Source: Oikopleura dioica
Lineage: Eukaryota > Animalia > Chordata
Direction: 5' to 3'
DNA: 64,000 bases
NCBI GenBank assembly: GCA_907165135.1
Contig: OU015569.1
Coordinates: forward strand, 1,488,001-1,552,000
Position 1 is the stretch's first letter; each line of letters starts with the position of its first letter. Positions 61,729 to 64,000 of this stretch are shown here, one piece after another. Both the position numbers and the translations under genes were made by a program. The notes under the pieces were generated by a model, which saw only the letters and a program-made list of their open reading frames with translations, was not told where the DNA came from and searched no databases.

Positions 61729-61756
61729 TTCGTCCCTTTCAACGATCTTTTTTTAG

Positions 61757-64000
61757 ATGATGGAAGTCGATCAAAGCACCTCAGCCTGGCTGCTGAGCAG
61801 GGCACTCAACGCAAAGAACATCAACGAGGCACGTGTGTGGCTCGAATCCGCCAAATTAGAAAGCCCAAAATCCTTCAACATGATGATATCTGCTTACGAA
61901 CTTGAGTGCAGGGCGCTTACGTCTCCAAAAGACACTGCTAATGTGATATTAGGTAGAAATAATGATGAATGTGCTTGAATAATTAGCTCTTTAAGGCCTC
62001 GTTAAGAATGAAGAATTCATCAATGAGCCCCGACTGTGGGACGAGGAATGGTTCTGAGACGCGAAGTTATTCCTAGAAAGAAAACTTATAAAGAGACAGC
62101 TTCAGAACTCAAACAGGTTAGAATACTGCTTGAATCTGATACAGATTCCAACAGGACAGCCGTGAATATATTTCGCAGCGAAGTAATCACTGCTCTCGGG
62201 CCAACGAATTTCCGCGAATTGATCATCGAATTCATCAACATCTACAAGCAAGAAATTGAGCTGCACATCGAGCTCCTTCTTAAGATTCTAAAGAAGTATC
62301 CAGATTACATCAAACCAGTTGGGCCAAATGTTTGCGACAAGCTTTTCATGGGCGAGAAGCACGACGCTGGAGAGGACCCAGATTTGACGCCGCTAAATAG
62401 GAAACGACACTTGGCTGTAAATACTGTTTTCCCAGTGCTATTTGAATCCGGCAAGTTGGACGCTGTGCAGGCAAAGACTTTGTATAAATGGTTCCAAAAG
62501 AGTCTTGAATATACAGTTTGGTACGTCTCTACGACTAAGCGCCCCAGTGATCTGCCAATGATTGAGTAAGTTCAAGCCGTTAACTTATGAACCCATTAAA
62601 TATTTTGTTAAAGAGGAGATGCATGGGAGAAACTGCGAAAGATCAGATTGCATATTGGTAAACACGCAGGTTGGGAAGCCGAGCCCTCCCTTCCTTGTCA
62701 ACCAGCGCAAGCTTTGTGGCAAATGGTCAAATGGCTGAAGTCGATCTACCTCCCTTTCAACTACAACTCGCGCAGGCCCCCGCCGAATTTAAACGCCATT
62801 CGCAAGCAGACATTTTACACTGCGGTTAACGTCTACCTCGAAGCAGCAGTGCGCTACATGGCCATTTCCGAACCTGCCTTGATCAGGAATCTATCGGGCA
62901 AAAAAACCTACAGTCAATTCCCTATCTACGGCATGATTATTGATGCTGCGGATAAACCAAAAGGAAAATACTTTGACAAAAATTGTAAGTCAACCATTTT
63001 CCTGAAACAAAAAAACTAAATAAATATAGTCGAGGACATGTGCGAGCGTCAGCAATTCTTTACCGCTTCGATCGCCGCCAAGAAGATTTTGACCGACGAC
63101 GATATTTTCGCCGAAGATTTGCAAAAGCTGCAACGGGCGCTGAAATTCAACAAATGGCACTGGCTCGAAGCGTTTCACATTGATTGCTCGTTCAAAGACG
63201 GGGATTTCGACCATGCGATTTTTCGGCTCTCGCATTTGATAAAGGTCAGTTGCGGAATAATTGGCTAACTATTACGATATTTTTGTTTCAGGCTGAAAAT
63301 TGGCAATCTCCGCTGTTATACAGATGGCGAGTTCAACTAGGCTCCTGTTATTATGAGCTGAAGAAGATCAGGACGTCTGTAACATATCTTTACGATGCGA
63401 TGATGCAAGAGCAAGAAGACGCCTTCGACACGGAAATCGACGGGGAATACATTCTCTCAAATCAAATGGGAGAAATCGAATGGGTTCGAGGAGTACACTG
63501 CGACGTCCTCATCATAGGTGGGCAATAATTAAGGAGTACTTTTGAATTACGCTCTATTTCGTAGCAATTCATGCGATTCTTAATGCTACTGCAGTGCTAC
63601 TCGACCGAGCAAACGCCGCTAATGCACCACACCCGAGACAAATGCAAATCGTCGGATGGATGCTAGTACTGAGCCAGTACGAGTGGCCCCGCTTCTTCGA
63701 GACGACAAAGTACGCTATCGAGAAAATCAAGAGCGAAGGAAGCTTTACGTATCCAAACATGCTCGATTTCATTTACGAAGGAGGAGTCATCGAGGAACTC
63801 GCCTGGCTGCTCAATCAGGTAATTTTGCAAACAAACAAAAAAAGACACGAGTTTTTGGAAGGTCAGTTGAATTCAGTTATTCTTTTGATTCCTTCCAAAA
63901 AACCAGAATTTTATGTGAAAAATTGATTTTATTCAGGGCAGTTCAAGCTCGGTGAAATGGGCTTCTGCTAGCCGTATCACTTTCCCATTTCCTTTTAGGA
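61757..64000 (+). CDS. INTS10: Integrator complex subunit 10 (runs past the window end)
   Basis: WLLSRALNAKNINEARVWLESAKLESPKSFNMMISAYELE (cf. FLVQRA...[23 protein letters not shown]); LSQYEWP...IKSEGSFTYPNMLDFIYEGGVIEELAWL. Confidence 0.85.

Noticed and set aside
61178-61905. ORFs of 65-171 aa over the TRAPPC9-INTS10 spacer
   Set aside because: They lie in the inverted-repeat element, mirror each other on opposite strands and have no transposase motifs.
1-64000. CRISPR arrays, rRNA, tRNA, SL RNA gene, autonomous transposase or retroelement
   Set aside because: None seen by eye on either strand. A tRNAscan-SE or Infernal run would be needed to exclude small RNA genes formally.

Overview
Eukaryotic nuclear DNA from a very compact, intron-rich animal genome. 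Most introns are 35-70 bp, some have GA or GC donors, and genes are packed co-directionally with an AG acceptor just before the ATG. This pattern fits a larvacean tunicate such as Oikopleura (inference). I assembled about 24 spliced gene models by eye, so spans are approximate and all family calls are from remembered motifs, not database searches. Plus strand, 0.7-28.9 kb: SAP30BP, RAPGEF2/6, a CENP-C-cupin-like protein, ANAPC4, a DUF3105/TP53I13-like protein, divergent MRPS11, a securin-like orphan, a C2H2 zinc-finger protein, WDR24, a small mitochondrial protein, macoilin, and a KGD4(MRPS36)-PDHX chimera. Then: a tetraspanin-like gene, a GLIPR2-like CAP gene and RACGAP1 (minus); USH1G/ANKS4B and NPC2-like (plus); an orphan secreted protein, NKX2-1/2-4, CCDC146 and BRE1/RNF20 (minus), the last with a nested antisense gene; TRAPPC9 and INTS10 (plus, INTS10 runs off the end). 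Four non-autonomous inverted-repeat elements are present: two hAT-like foldbacks with 8-bp TSDs, one TTAA piggyBac-like MITE and one nested-IR element. There is also an orphan ABCB terminal exon. No rRNA, tRNA or CRISPR array was seen. Top finding: a mitochondrial protein with no lipoyl domain and no PSBD that joins a KGD4/MRPS36-type N-terminal motif to a catalytically dead E3BP-type core domain.
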